Origin: an uncultured Methanoregulaceae archaeon
GTDB lineage: Archaea; Halobacteriota; Methanomicrobia; Methanomicrobiales; Methanospirillaceae
DNA length: 64,000 nt
Reading direction: 5' to 3'
NCBI GenBank assembly: GCA_963701095.1
Contig: OY969564.1
Location: 576,001-640,000 of the forward strand
How positions within the stretch are numbered: position 1 is the first letter of the stretch; each line of letters begins with the position of its first letter. The notes beneath the pieces are model-generated. The model saw only the letters and a program-made list of their open reading frames with translations. It was not told the DNA's origin and did not search any database. Shown here piece after piece: positions 55,093 through 64,000 of this stretch. A program made the translations under genes and the position numbers.

Positions 55093-56547
55093 ATGGGAGT
55101 CTTTGAGAAGATCCTGAAAAAGACGGCAATTGATCCCGAGTCAATGTATCTTAAGGCGGAAGAATTCTGTCGTCAGGGGTATTATCTCGACGCTATTGAT
55201 ATTCTCGACAAACTGATGACCGCAGATCCTCTCAATGCCCATACTTCACGTCTTAAAGGCTATGCACTATACCAGATCGGGTCGTTTGAAGAGGCGCTGC
55301 AATATTTTGACCAGGCACTTAGCATTGACCCTAATCTCCCTGATGCACTTGTATATAAAGGGCTTATTTACTCAGGTTTTGGAAAACATACCCAGGCACT
55401 CACTCTCTATGAACGTGGACTTGTTATCCATCCCAACCTTATACAGGCTTGGTACGCAAAAGGTCTGACTCTTGCCATATTGCAAAAATATGATGAAGCC
55501 CTTCTTGCATATGAAAAAGTTCTCTATCTGGATCCAAGACACGTCGATGCTTTAATTGGCATCAGTGTCGCACGGAAGAAATGTGGGATGGTCCGGGTGG
55601 ATAAATCGCCAACAGACTCTTCGGCTAAAGAAACTATTCAGAACAAATCCGGCAGCGTTTCTCCTTTACCCGACAAGGCAAATCCGGTGAAAGTTTCAGT
55701 CGTTCCGGTACCCTCATTCCCCAGCCGGCCGGAATGCATTAAACTGGTAGCAGAGGCGCCTGATGCCGAACCTGTTATAAAAATACAAGAGAAACAAGGA
55801 TCAGTTTCGACGCACTCAAAACCCTTGTCGCTATCCAAACCTGTTGTCGCAAAATCCGAAATAAAAAAACCCGGTTCTCCAAAAAGCGTAGTGGAATTTG
55901 ACCGGATCAAAATAACTCCGAAAAATACCGAAAGTACCAGACACTCTCGTGAGACAATGGTTGTCCCTTCAGGTTTCTCTCAGAAATCTGCAGAAACGGA
56001 ACCAATTGATATCCCTGTTCCCGATTCCCCCCGGTGCAGTTCGTACAATGAAATAATTCGGGAAATGGAGAGAAATCCAGACGATGGAATGAATCTGGAC
56101 CAATTGCACATCCTCGGAGATCTCTATATGAAGACCGGGAGGTACAATGATGCGACCGAGCTTTTTGAACGCATCCTTGAAACTGAAAACGAGAACGCCC
56201 GTGCTTGGCAATTTCTGGGGGATGCTAGAAAGAAATCCGGCGTTTATGATGAAGCATTATTCGCGTATGAGAAATCGCTTGAAATCGAACCGGAAAATTC
56301 GCTTGTCTGGATAAATCGCGCAAAGGTCCTGGTTATGATGGAGAGACATGACGAAGCGATCATTTCGTGCAACAGGGCAATATCGTTGGATGACGTCTCG
56401 CTCGAGGCATGGCTCTATAAGGGATTTATTCTCAAAAAGACCCAGCGACGATCTGATGCTATCGCTGCCTATAACCGGGTGCTTGAACTCAACCCGGGTC
56501 ACGATCAGGCAGCTCGTCAGCTTAAAAACATAAAAGGGGGTGCCTGA
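55093..56547 (+). CDS. Tetratricopeptide repeat protein (two TPR clusters joined by a P/S/K-rich linker)
   Basis: Repeated AW..KG..L..L..YDEAL..YEK.L..P units. Confidence 0.88.
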   Translation: MGVFEKILKKTAIDPESMYLKAEEFCRQGYYLDAIDILDKLMTADPLNAHTSRLKGYALYQIGSFEEALQYFDQALSIDPNLPDALVYKGLIYSGFGKHTQALTLYERGLVIHPNLIQAWYAKGLTLAILQKYDEALLAYEKVLYLDPRHVDALIGISVARKKCGMVRVDKSPTDSSAKETIQNKSGSVSPLPDKANPVKVSVVPVPSFPSRPECIKLVAEAPDAEPVIKIQEKQGSVSTHSKPLSLSKPVVAKSEIKKPGSPKSVVEFDRIKITPKNTESTRHSRETMVVPSGFSQKSAETEPIDIPVPDSPRCSSYNEIIREMERNPDDGMNLDQLHILGDLYMKTGRYNDATELFERILETENENARAWQFLGDARKKSGVYDEALFAYEKSLEIEPENSLVWINRAKVLVMMERHDEAIISCNRAISLDDVSLEAWLYKGFILKKTQRRSDAIAAYNRVLELNPGHDQAARQLKNIKGGA

Positions 56548-56726
56548 ACCAAAAAAAGAAGATCCTACATGTATCCGTTTTCCATGTTATCTGCATTAAA
56601 AGATCTTTTAATTCGTTTTTATCCGGCAGAAATCGATATTCAGGCAATTGCGTGATCTTGATTTCGTTTAATGCTTGCTTTTCCGATGTAAAAGTTAATC
56701 CCCGACCAAACGAAAGAGATTTTGAG

Positions 56727-57119
56727 ATGCAGCAGATACCTGAAAATAAAAAAATGCAAAAGTCCGAGCCCGATTTCCGGTACAAACAGTGCCTTATCAT
56801 GAGAAATGACGTGAAAATGAGCTGTGGAAAGAAATGTGCACAGGCAGCACACGCATCCATCGGGGCTTTTGAAAGTGCTGATAAAACAGTCCGCAAAGCC
56901 TGGCAGGCAGAAGGACAGAAGAAAGTTGTTCTTAAAGCGGACAGCGAACGGGTTCTTTTTGAGATCAAGGTTATTGCGGAGCGTGCCGGTATATCCACAT
57001 CACTTATCCAGGATGCAGGGATGACCGAAATCCCCCCCGGCACGATCACTGCGCTTGGTCTTGGACCGGCAAAATCCGAAGACCTTGATAAGATTACCGG
57101 ATCGCTTTCGCTTTTATGA
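56727..57119 (+). CDS. pth2: Peptidyl-tRNA hydrolase Pth2
   Basis: KQCLIMRND.KMSCGK.CAQAAHA, GQKKVVLK, IQDAGMTEIPPGT. Confidence 0.95.
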   Translation: MQQIPENKKMQKSEPDFRYKQCLIMRNDVKMSCGKKCAQAAHASIGAFESADKTVRKAWQAEGQKKVVLKADSERVLFEIKVIAERAGISTSLIQDAGMTEIPPGTITALGLGPAKSEDLDKITGSLSLL

Positions 57120-58385
57120 TGGAAAGTCCGTTTGATCTTGAACGTGAGCTGGGGATGCAGTATTATGCCACAATTACCCCGGGCATTGGTGGAGCCCTCC
57201 GGACTGCTCCGGAAGATTTCATTGTCGAGGAGATCTCCCTTGAGAAAAAGGACACATCCGGACCGTACCTCATCTGCCGGCTTACAAAATCCAACTGGGA
57301 ACTCCAGCATGCAGTAAAGGAAATATCCCGCAGGCTTGGGGTGAGCCACCGACGTATTGGCTGGGCTGGCACCAAGGACAGAAATGCCCGGACCACGCAG
57401 TTGATTTCACTCTATAAGGTCACTGCAGAAGAGATCTCTGCACTACATATAAAGGACATCGCCCTGGAACCGGTCGGGATTGCAAACGAACAGCTTTCCC
57501 TTGGTGATCTCGCGGGAAACCGGTTTGATATTCGGATCCGGGATGCAGATCCCGAGGATCTCGCTTTAAGGGTGGCCGAGGTGACAGACACGGCAGCCAC
57601 AGCCCTGCCAAATTATTTCGGTCTCCAGCGTTTCGGCGTTGTCCGTCCCCTGACGCATAGAGTGGGCGAGCTGAATCCTCCACGGCGAGTATGAACTGGC
57701 AGTCGCCACGTATGTTGGCAAGGCATTTCCCTACGAGAAAGATGATGTCCAGAGGGCCAGAACCGCATTCTGGGAGTCCCGGGACCCGGCAATTGCCCTT
57801 CGTGAACTTCCGGTACAGATGTCATTTGAACGTTCAATGCTTTCTCATCTCCAGTCGCGTCCGGGAGATTATGCCGGAGCCCTCCGGCAGCTGCCACCTA
57901 AGCTTCTTTCCATGTTTGTTTCAGCGTTCCAGTCATACCTTTTTAACTGCGCCCTCTCTTACCGGCTTTCTGAGGGAATTGGCTTGACAGAACCGGTGCC
58001 CGGCGACCATTTGATCTTTGCAAACGGTCGCACCGACACTGTTACACAACAAAATATCCCCGCTGTATCCCTTCACCTGGCCCGGGGAAGATGTAACATT
58101 GCGCTCTTTATGCCGGGAAAGGATGATCCGGCTACTGTCAATTGTAATGATGCCACAAGATCCATGCTCAACGATCTTGGAATAACATCCGAAGATTTCC
58201 GCCGCGCATCGGTATTTGTCCAGACAAAATTTGACGGCGCATGGCGCCCGATTGCCATGAAAACTGACATCCAGGCTTCTGTTGAAGGAACATGCGTACA
58301 CTTGGCATTTTCCCTGCCTCCGGGCCATTATGCAACCACGGTCTGCCGGGAATATATGAAAACCGATCCAATCCGGATGGTATAG
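57116..58385 (+). CDS. truD: tRNA pseudouridine(13) synthase TruD, 1-nt insertion near 57674
   Basis: PEDFIVEE, AGTKDRNA.TTQ, GNRF, PNYFGLQRFG, AFQSYLFN, FSLPPGHYAT. Confidence 0.92.
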
Positions 58386-58468
58386 ATTATTTTTCTTTAC
58401 TAAATATGGAACTCATGATCCCTGCTCATCTAAGCAGTGGATCATCCCAAAAAGAGAACCGGGTACTG

Positions 58469-59272
58469 TTATTTCCGCTGCTCAGTAAGCTGCTGTGCAC
58501 CTGCGATTGCGTCATTAAGGTTACCCAGCTGGTCGACCAGATTGATCTTCAGGGCGTCCGCACCCCGGATAACTCGGCCATCCTGGATATCCGACCGTGC
58601 TATCATACGCTGTGTCGTTACATCTGTAATGAATTCTTCAAAACTCTCATTAACAATCTGTTGGGCATATGTTTGTTCATCAGGAGTTAAAGCACGAGAC
58701 GTTGTGCCCATATCTTTGAAGGCCCCGGATTTAACATCCGTGATATTGTAGCCCTCCTGGTTCAACCACCCGCTTATATCCGTAAACGTCCAGATAACAC
58801 CGACTGCCCCGGTCAATGTATCAGGATCTGCGTAAATCTTGTTTGCATGGGCACTTACATAGTATGCGGCCGATGTGTCAATGTCTCCCATCGAGACTAC
58901 TACCGGTTTCTTGGTTTTTGCATACTCCATATCGCCGATAATTTCTTCTGCTGCTGCAGGTGTCCCTCCCGGGCTATCTACACGGAGAACAATAGCGTTG
59001 ACAGTGGGGTCATCAGCAGCCTCGCGGATCTGATTGCCTACGTATTCGCTTCCAACTCCCTCGTCAGTGGAGAAATCCCCGGTCGAAAGTGTTCCTTCCA
59101 TTCGGATGACTTTCACACCGGCATGGGTGTTGGCTGTGAAAAAATACACAACCGCAAAAACGCCAATCACAAGGAAAAGACCGGCGAGAATGATCAACAA
59201 CCACTTCATGCCGACCCGGTGCGATGGCGGGGCCGGTATAGTCATTGCAGGGTATATATCTGGAATTTCCAT
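58469..59272 (-). CDS. sppA: Signal peptide peptidase SppA (S49)
   Basis: LRVDSPGG, VVSMGD..TSAAYY, KSGAFKDMG. Confidence 0.9.
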   Translation of the reverse strand: MEIPDIYPAMTIPAPPSHRVGMKWLLIILAGLFLVIGVFAVVYFFTANTHAGVKVIRMEGTLSTGDFSTDEGVGSEYVGNQIREAADDPTVNAIVLRVDSPGGTPAAAEEIIGDMEYAKTKKPVVVSMGDIDTSAAYYVSAHANKIYADPDTLTGAVGVIWTFTDISGWLNQEGYNITDVKSGAFKDMGTTSRALTPDEQTYAQQIVNESFEEFITDVTTQRMIARSDIQDGRVIRGADALKINLVDQLGNLNDAIAGAQQLTEQRK

Positions 59273-59284
59273 AAGGGTGTGCTC

Positions 59285-59965
59285 TCAGGTATACAGCACA
59301 TCAAACTCTGAAACGAGGTTGCTGCCGCACATATAATATTTTTTGAGATTTAACCTGATCATCTCGTTTTCGGTATTGATATGCATTCCGCCTACGAGGG
59401 AAGGCGTATCAGATCCTCCGACAATAAACGGTAGGTGGATAAGTCGTATTTCATCAACAAGCTTTTCATGAAGCATATGCCAGTTAAGCGTCGGGCCTCC
59501 TTCTATCATCAGTTTTTTAATCCCGAAATCATCGTGAAGGATTTGCATAAGGACTGAAAGATTGACATGATCCTTTCCAGCAGAGACTACAGTCGCACCT
59601 TTGTTTTTAATTGCAGCAACCCGGTCTTTAGGGGCACGTTCTGAAACTGCGATTAATGTCGGCGCATCAGTACCAAGCACATTTGCATCGAGAGGGATAT
59701 CCGCCAAACTACACGGAATGACCCGGAGCGGACTCTTGCCCGGAACAAACCTGACAGTCAGAAAGGAATTGTCGATCCGTATTGTATTTGCCCCAACCAT
59801 GATCGCGTCGTAAGCAGCTCGTGTTTCATGAAGGAGGATTTCAGTTTCGTGCGCCATATATTTCATCAGGATCTTGCTGGAGGCTCCTTTTTTTAAGGTA
59901 AGCTTGCCATCAGCTGTGATCTCGGACATCATCAATACATGCGGACGGATCGTTGCTGCTGCCAT
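59285..59965 (-). CDS. RibD C-terminal/DHFR-like reductase
   Basis: ITADGK, AIMVGANTIRIDN, LMIEGGPTL. Confidence 0.85.
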   Translation of the reverse strand: MAAATIRPHVLMMSEITADGKLTLKKGASSKILMKYMAHETEILLHETRAAYDAIMVGANTIRIDNSFLTVRFVPGKSPLRVIPCSLADIPLDANVLGTDAPTLIAVSERAPKDRVAAIKNKGATVVSAGKDHVNLSVLMQILHDDFGIKKLMIEGGPTLNWHMLHEKLVDEIRLIHLPFIVGGSDTPSLVGGMHINTENEMIRLNLKKYYMCGSNLVSEFDVLYT

Positions 59966-60107
59966 TGCAATCAACTCTTTTGCTTTATTGGACGTGTGAC
60001 GTAAAAAATATGGTGATTACTGGAAGGCAATATAGAACAGGCTGAAAGATTATATGGCCGGAGTCATCCCGCAACTATTAATAGTTCGTATTTCTACGAT
60101 GTGAGGA

Positions 60108-60770
60108 ATGAATATTACCGCTCTGATAACACGGGTCAAACGCGTCTCGAACCAATTGCGGGGGTCTTTATCCGGGGTGCTGTATTAATACCAACCCGTG
60201 TTGGTTCTTTACCCTTATCGCGGGGATTTCCGCGGTAGTTCTTTTTATGGAATGTTTGTTCCTTGTTGAAAGCCTGTTTTATCCCTTTCTGCAATTTCCG
60301 ATTTCATAGATGGCAGTATAGTCCAGCGTACCAACTCCCCAACAAAATTCGGTGCGGTCTTTGACTGGATCGGTGATAAATATGTTGATGTCCTGGTGAT
60401 CCTCGGGATGGGTCTTTCCGAAATTCCTGTCCTGAGTGGAATCCTTCCGGTCCCGATTTACCGCAGACTCGGCAATCACAGGTCTTGCCATTACCGGCTC
60501 ACTGATGAACACGTTTATCAAACCCGTTGTCTGCGCAGAAGTCGGGACCGGGAAAAAGTTGAAGGTAAAATTGACGACCTCTTCGAAGGTGTGGGTTTCT
60601 TTGGTCGCCCTGATACATTTCCTGTCCCGATTCTCGGCAAGGTCACCAAGTTTGTCTGGATATCCATAATCATTATCGCAATCTGCACAAACCTGTCGGC
60701 AATCCAGCGGATCCTATACCTTTATAGTATTCTTTCCCGACGATTATGCAGAATACTTTTACGCCACTAA
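60108..60770 (+). pseudogene. Degraded CDP-alcohol phosphatidyltransferase (archaeal phospholipid synthase-like)
   Basis: Motif DFIDGSIVQRTNSPTKFGAVFDWIGDKYVD near 60300-60390; GVGFFGRP and NLSAIQRI at the C-terminus; several frame breaks and an eroded motif. Confidence 0.65.
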
Positions 60771-60828
60771 ATTCACGCCATCAATAGTCTTCCTGCCACC
60801 ATCGTGCATAACAGAAAATTCTGAAAAC

Positions 60829-61722
60829 CTATGTTTTCGGGGGTTGGAGTTCGTCGCAGCCGAGGTTATGCACTGTTGCTTGCTCATGATCCGGCTTATG
60901 GTGCCACCTCCTCCGGATCAGGTCAAATTCACGTATGACCTCACCATAATATAACTGGTACAGGTCATCAGCAAAAGAACCGAGCTGAGGAATGAGCGTA
61001 AAGAGGCCGAACGCGATTATGATAAGGGCCACGAGCGCCAGCATCTCTGCGATTACGTTATGTGCCCAGAAGAAGCTCTCATATCCGATCTCACCATTCC
61101 CCGCTATTTCAGTCCAGTACGGGAACCATTGGCCAGTGTAAGCCATGATCACAAAGACGTTCCGAAAAAGGTTAAGGATGTAGATGGTTGGAGCAACAAT
61201 AAGAAATGCAGATATTTTCTGTCTCAATGTTGTTGGAACTGCGGCGGCAACACCGATCATGATCGCGATGCTCTGAATTCCGGTACAGGCCAGAATAATT
61301 TCAACACGGTATCCGTTCTGGGCGATTATATTCCACGCATCAAGATGGACCGGGTAATTGAATATCTGGAGCAGCCATAGAACTTCGTTTACAACGCTCA
61401 AAATAAGCCAGTTGCCAGCGATGGAGAGGTACGCGAATGGTGCATAAATCAGGAACGCAACTGCTGCAGCCCTGGTAAGATGCATAACCGTGTTGTTCTC
61501 ATCAATCAGGTATCGTACAGTAATTAGCAGGAATGGAACAGAAAGCGCAGCCATGATGGGGTAAAGAAAATTGCTTTCCGAGAAATATTCCGGCAAATCG
61601 AAAAAGAGGAAAGCAACGATGAAGATCCAACCGATAATTGCTGCATACTTCCTATGGGGACCGGGGATCAGGGACACCAGAAATCCGATACAGGATATCA
61701 GGACCAGATACTCGATCATCAC
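60829..61722 (-). CDS. artA: Archaeosortase A
   Basis: Multi-TM with IILACTGIQS, LNLFRN and FFWAHN (Cys/Arg/His pattern). Confidence 0.9.
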   Translation of the reverse strand: MMIEYLVLISCIGFLVSLIPGPHRKYAAIIGWIFIVAFLFFDLPEYFSESNFLYPIMAALSVPFLLITVRYLIDENNTVMHLTRAAAVAFLIYAPFAYLSIAGNWLILSVVNEVLWLLQIFNYPVHLDAWNIIAQNGYRVEIILACTGIQSIAIMIGVAAAVPTTLRQKISAFLIVAPTIYILNLFRNVFVIMAYTGQWFPYWTEIAGNGEIGYESFFWAHNVIAEMLALVALIIIAFGLFTLIPQLGSFADDLYQLYYGEVIREFDLIRRRWHHKPDHEQATVHNLGCDELQPPKT

Positions 61723-61888
61723 TTAGCTGTTAAGCGTCTAATCAAAAAAAGGATTCTCCCTTGACATATCGTTTATCGGGGGATAAACCCGTTCGATGCC
61801 TTTTGTGGGAAAGCAATGATATAACACAATCCGTAAGATTAGCTGGATAATCACTTTAATCTTGTAGCATGATCCATACTGTTATCCG

Positions 61889-62203
61889 ATGTTTTGCCCG
61901 GAATGCAAGAGTATGCTGATGTCCTCTGGCGGCCAGCTCAAATGCCGCAAATGTGGGTATGTCAGAAAGATTGAGTCCTCTGAACGCATGACGCGCGAAA
62001 AAAAGCGCACGGAAAACGAGATCACCATCGTTGACGATGAAGACGACAAAGTAAAAACGATGCCCACGATCCAGATCAAGTGCCCAAAATGCGAAAACAA
62101 CCTTGCCATCTGGTGGCTCCGTCAGCTCCGTGCCGCTGATGAAAGTGAGGTGCGGTTCTTCCGGTGTACCGAGTGTGGCCATACCTGGCGGCAATACGAT
62201 TAG
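61889..62203 (+). CDS. tfs: Transcription elongation factor TFS
   Basis: MFCPEC..CRKCG; CPKC..QLRAADE..FFRCTECGHTWR. Confidence 0.95.
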   Translation: MFCPECKSMLMSSGGQLKCRKCGYVRKIESSERMTREKKRTENEITIVDDEDDKVKTMPTIQIKCPKCENNLAIWWLRQLRAADESEVRFFRCTECGHTWRQYD

Positions 62204-62586
62204 GCAAAAATCAAACTTTTAAAATCCGTTTTTTAAAATCTCAAAAAATATTTGTCCGATTCTTTATACTAGGAAAAGACGTGTCGATAAAATTGAAAGC
62301 TGTCGAATCAGAACAAGACTCTTGTATTTATTTCATTTTTATTATACATCCCTTCGAAGACGGAAAAAATTGGGATCCCTTGCATACAACCAGGCATATA
62401 CATTTTTGACAGGAGAATCTTCCACATTCCTACAATATCGCAACGAAACCATATTCCACAAAATATTTTGGCCAAAATCAGCATTTTAATCACCAAAAAG
62501 CAATTTTTGCAAATAACAGAAGAGGATAAAAAGAAGCAATTCATTACGGTGATTGTTGGAGGATGCCAACATAATGGAGAAGAGGT

Positions 62587-62739
62587 ATGACACAAATGAC
62601 TAAAGTATCACGAATATTAGCATTGTTAATAGGAGTTATTGCGATCGTATTATCGTTAGCAAAGTTTTTCCCTCTGTCTAATGATGGACTTATAATATCT
62701 GCTTTTCTGGCGTGTTGGGGACTTGACGCGCTAATTTAA
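62587..62739 (+). CDS. Putative 50-aa 2-TM small protein (not in the ORF track)
   Basis: MTQMTKVSRILALLIGVIAIVLSLAKFFPLSNDGLIISAFLACWGLDALI; GGAGAAGAGGT upstream. Confidence 0.5.
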   Translation: MTQMTKVSRILALLIGVIAIVLSLAKFFPLSNDGLIISAFLACWGLDALI

Positions 62740-62852
62740 GTTAAAATTTTTTATTTCCGTAGAAACCTTTTAACTCATTAAGAACCGCAAAAAGTAGCAT
62801 TAATCTTGGGAGGTTCTACATAACGTTGGCGAAAAAAGAGAGCGTGAAAAAA

Positions 62853-64000
62853 TCAAAGCAGTCCCGGTGCCTTGACACGGTACATCTGCCACAGAACACG
62901 GCCCATAACACGATAGGTGAAATCGAGTTCGTCAAAGCTGGGAATACCGTGCTCCTTGAGCATCTCGCGCCCGATGTTCATCGAATCGCCGCCGAGCAGT
63001 GTTGCGATCAGCCTGTTTTCTGTCCGCTCTGAGAATTTGAGAATCTGTTTTGCCATCTGTTCTGATGAGAGCACAAGGTTGGGGAATCCGATAATAAACG
63101 CCATATCCCAGAGATCGCCGTGTTTTGCGAGCACTTCAAATGTCTTTTCAAAGCGTTTCTCCGTGGCATCGCCTAGAAGGTCAAGAGGATTTCCCTTGTT
63201 CCAGAATTCGGGAAGAAACTCGTTGAGCTCGTCAATGACCGTTATGGGAAGATCGACGATTTCAATACCGTACCGTTCGGCATAGTCAGAAGAAAGAACA
63301 GCAAACCCACCGGCATTGGTAATTACAACCGCACGCTTCCCCTTGGGGTACCGCTTGGGATGGGCAAGCACCTGTGCTGCAAGAAACGCTCCGGTCAGGG
63401 TATGGACCGCGATAACCCCGGACTTACGGAATGCTTCCATATACACCTCGTACGAGCCGGAAAGAGATCCTGTGTGGGAAGAGGCAGCAGCCTGGCCCCG
63501 GCGTGAAGAGCCGGATTTGATCGCGATGACCGGCTTTGACTTAGCCACTTCGGCAACAACGTCCATAAACGCTTTGCCGTCGTTGATCTGTTCAATGTAC
63601 ATAATAATGGCTTTTGTTTTGGCATCTTTTTCCACGTATCTCAGGTAATCAAGAAAGTCAAGATCGCACTGGTTGCCGACCGAGATGACGTTGGAAAATC
63701 CGATATTCTTTGCAAGGCTCCAATCAACGACCGTGTTAATAATAGCTCCGCTCTGGGAGATGAACGCAATATTTCCGGGCTTTGGTGACTGATGTACGTA
63801 TGTAGTGTCAATACCACGTGGTGGAATGATCACACCAAGACAGTTTGGTCCGATAATACGCGTCCCGTGGCCCCGAGCAATTGCGACAACACGATCCTCA
63901 AGTGCCTTGCCATCAGGCCCCATTTCCTTAAATCCGGCGGTAATGATAATGACCATCGGAACGCCTTTTGCCCCGCATTCCTCAACTACGCTTGGAACAT
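62853..64000 (-). CDS. acdA: ADP-forming acetate/acyl-CoA ligase, alpha-type domains (5' end outside window)
   Basis: IIGPNCLG, ISQSGA, SVGNQ.D, SHTGSLSG phospho-His, TNAGG, NPLDLLGDA. Confidence 0.9.
   Translation of the reverse strand, partial: VPSVVEECGAKGVPMVIIITAGFKEMGPDGKALEDRVVAIARGHGTRIIGPNCLGVIIPPRGIDTTYVHQSPKPGNIAFISQSGAIINTVVDWSLAKNIGFSNVISVGNQCDLDFLDYLRYVEKDAKTKAIIMYIEQINDGKAFMDVVAEVAKSKPVIAIKSGSSRRGQAAASSHTGSLSGSYEVYMEAFRKSGVIAVHTLTGAFLAAQVLAHPKRYPKGKRAVVITNAGGFAVLSSDYAERYGIEIVDLPITVIDELNEFLPEFWNKGNPLDLLGDATEKRFEKTFEVLAKHGDLWDMAFIIGFPNLVLSSEQMAKQILKFSERTENRLIATLLGGDSMNIGREMLKEHGIPSFDELDFTYRVMGRVLWQMYRVKAPGLL

Noticed and set aside
56522..57349. Long antisense ORFs such as this 275-aa one, 17956-18618 and 27334-28068
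   Set aside because: They are shadows of well-supported genes on the opposite strand and show no motifs.

Overview
A 64-kb stretch of an archaeal chromosome, most likely from a hydrogenotrophic methanogen of the Methanomicrobiales (Methanoregula-like). This is inferred from archaeosortase A, TFS, Pth2, geranylgeranyl reductase, a REC-PAS histidine kinase of the methanomicrobial type and an ADP-forming acyl-CoA synthetase. It encodes Zn and Mo/W ABC transporters, a STAS/RsbW partner-switching trio, a six-gene Ehr/Hyf-like membrane complex, a PolB2 module, a Kdp K+ pump, the Ahb heme pathway next to katG, and housekeeping genes. I saw no rRNA, tRNA, CRISPR array or mobile element. About 13 single-base frameshifts split otherwise intact genes and are probably sequencing errors; they fall at CCGG, AGCT or GTAC sites. 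Main points: (1) an Ehr-like complex whose small subunit has all four canonical [4Fe-4S] Cys ligands replaced, so it appears cofactor-less while its antiporter subunits stay intact; (2) a STAS domain fused to an acetolactate-decarboxylase-like metal-binding domain inside a partner-switch module, in an organism without sigma factors; (3) a KdpC-KdpA fusion with a kinase-less KdpD; (4) a BshC-like orphan protein; (5) ahbDABC directly behind katG. All family calls come from motif recognition by eye, not from database searches.
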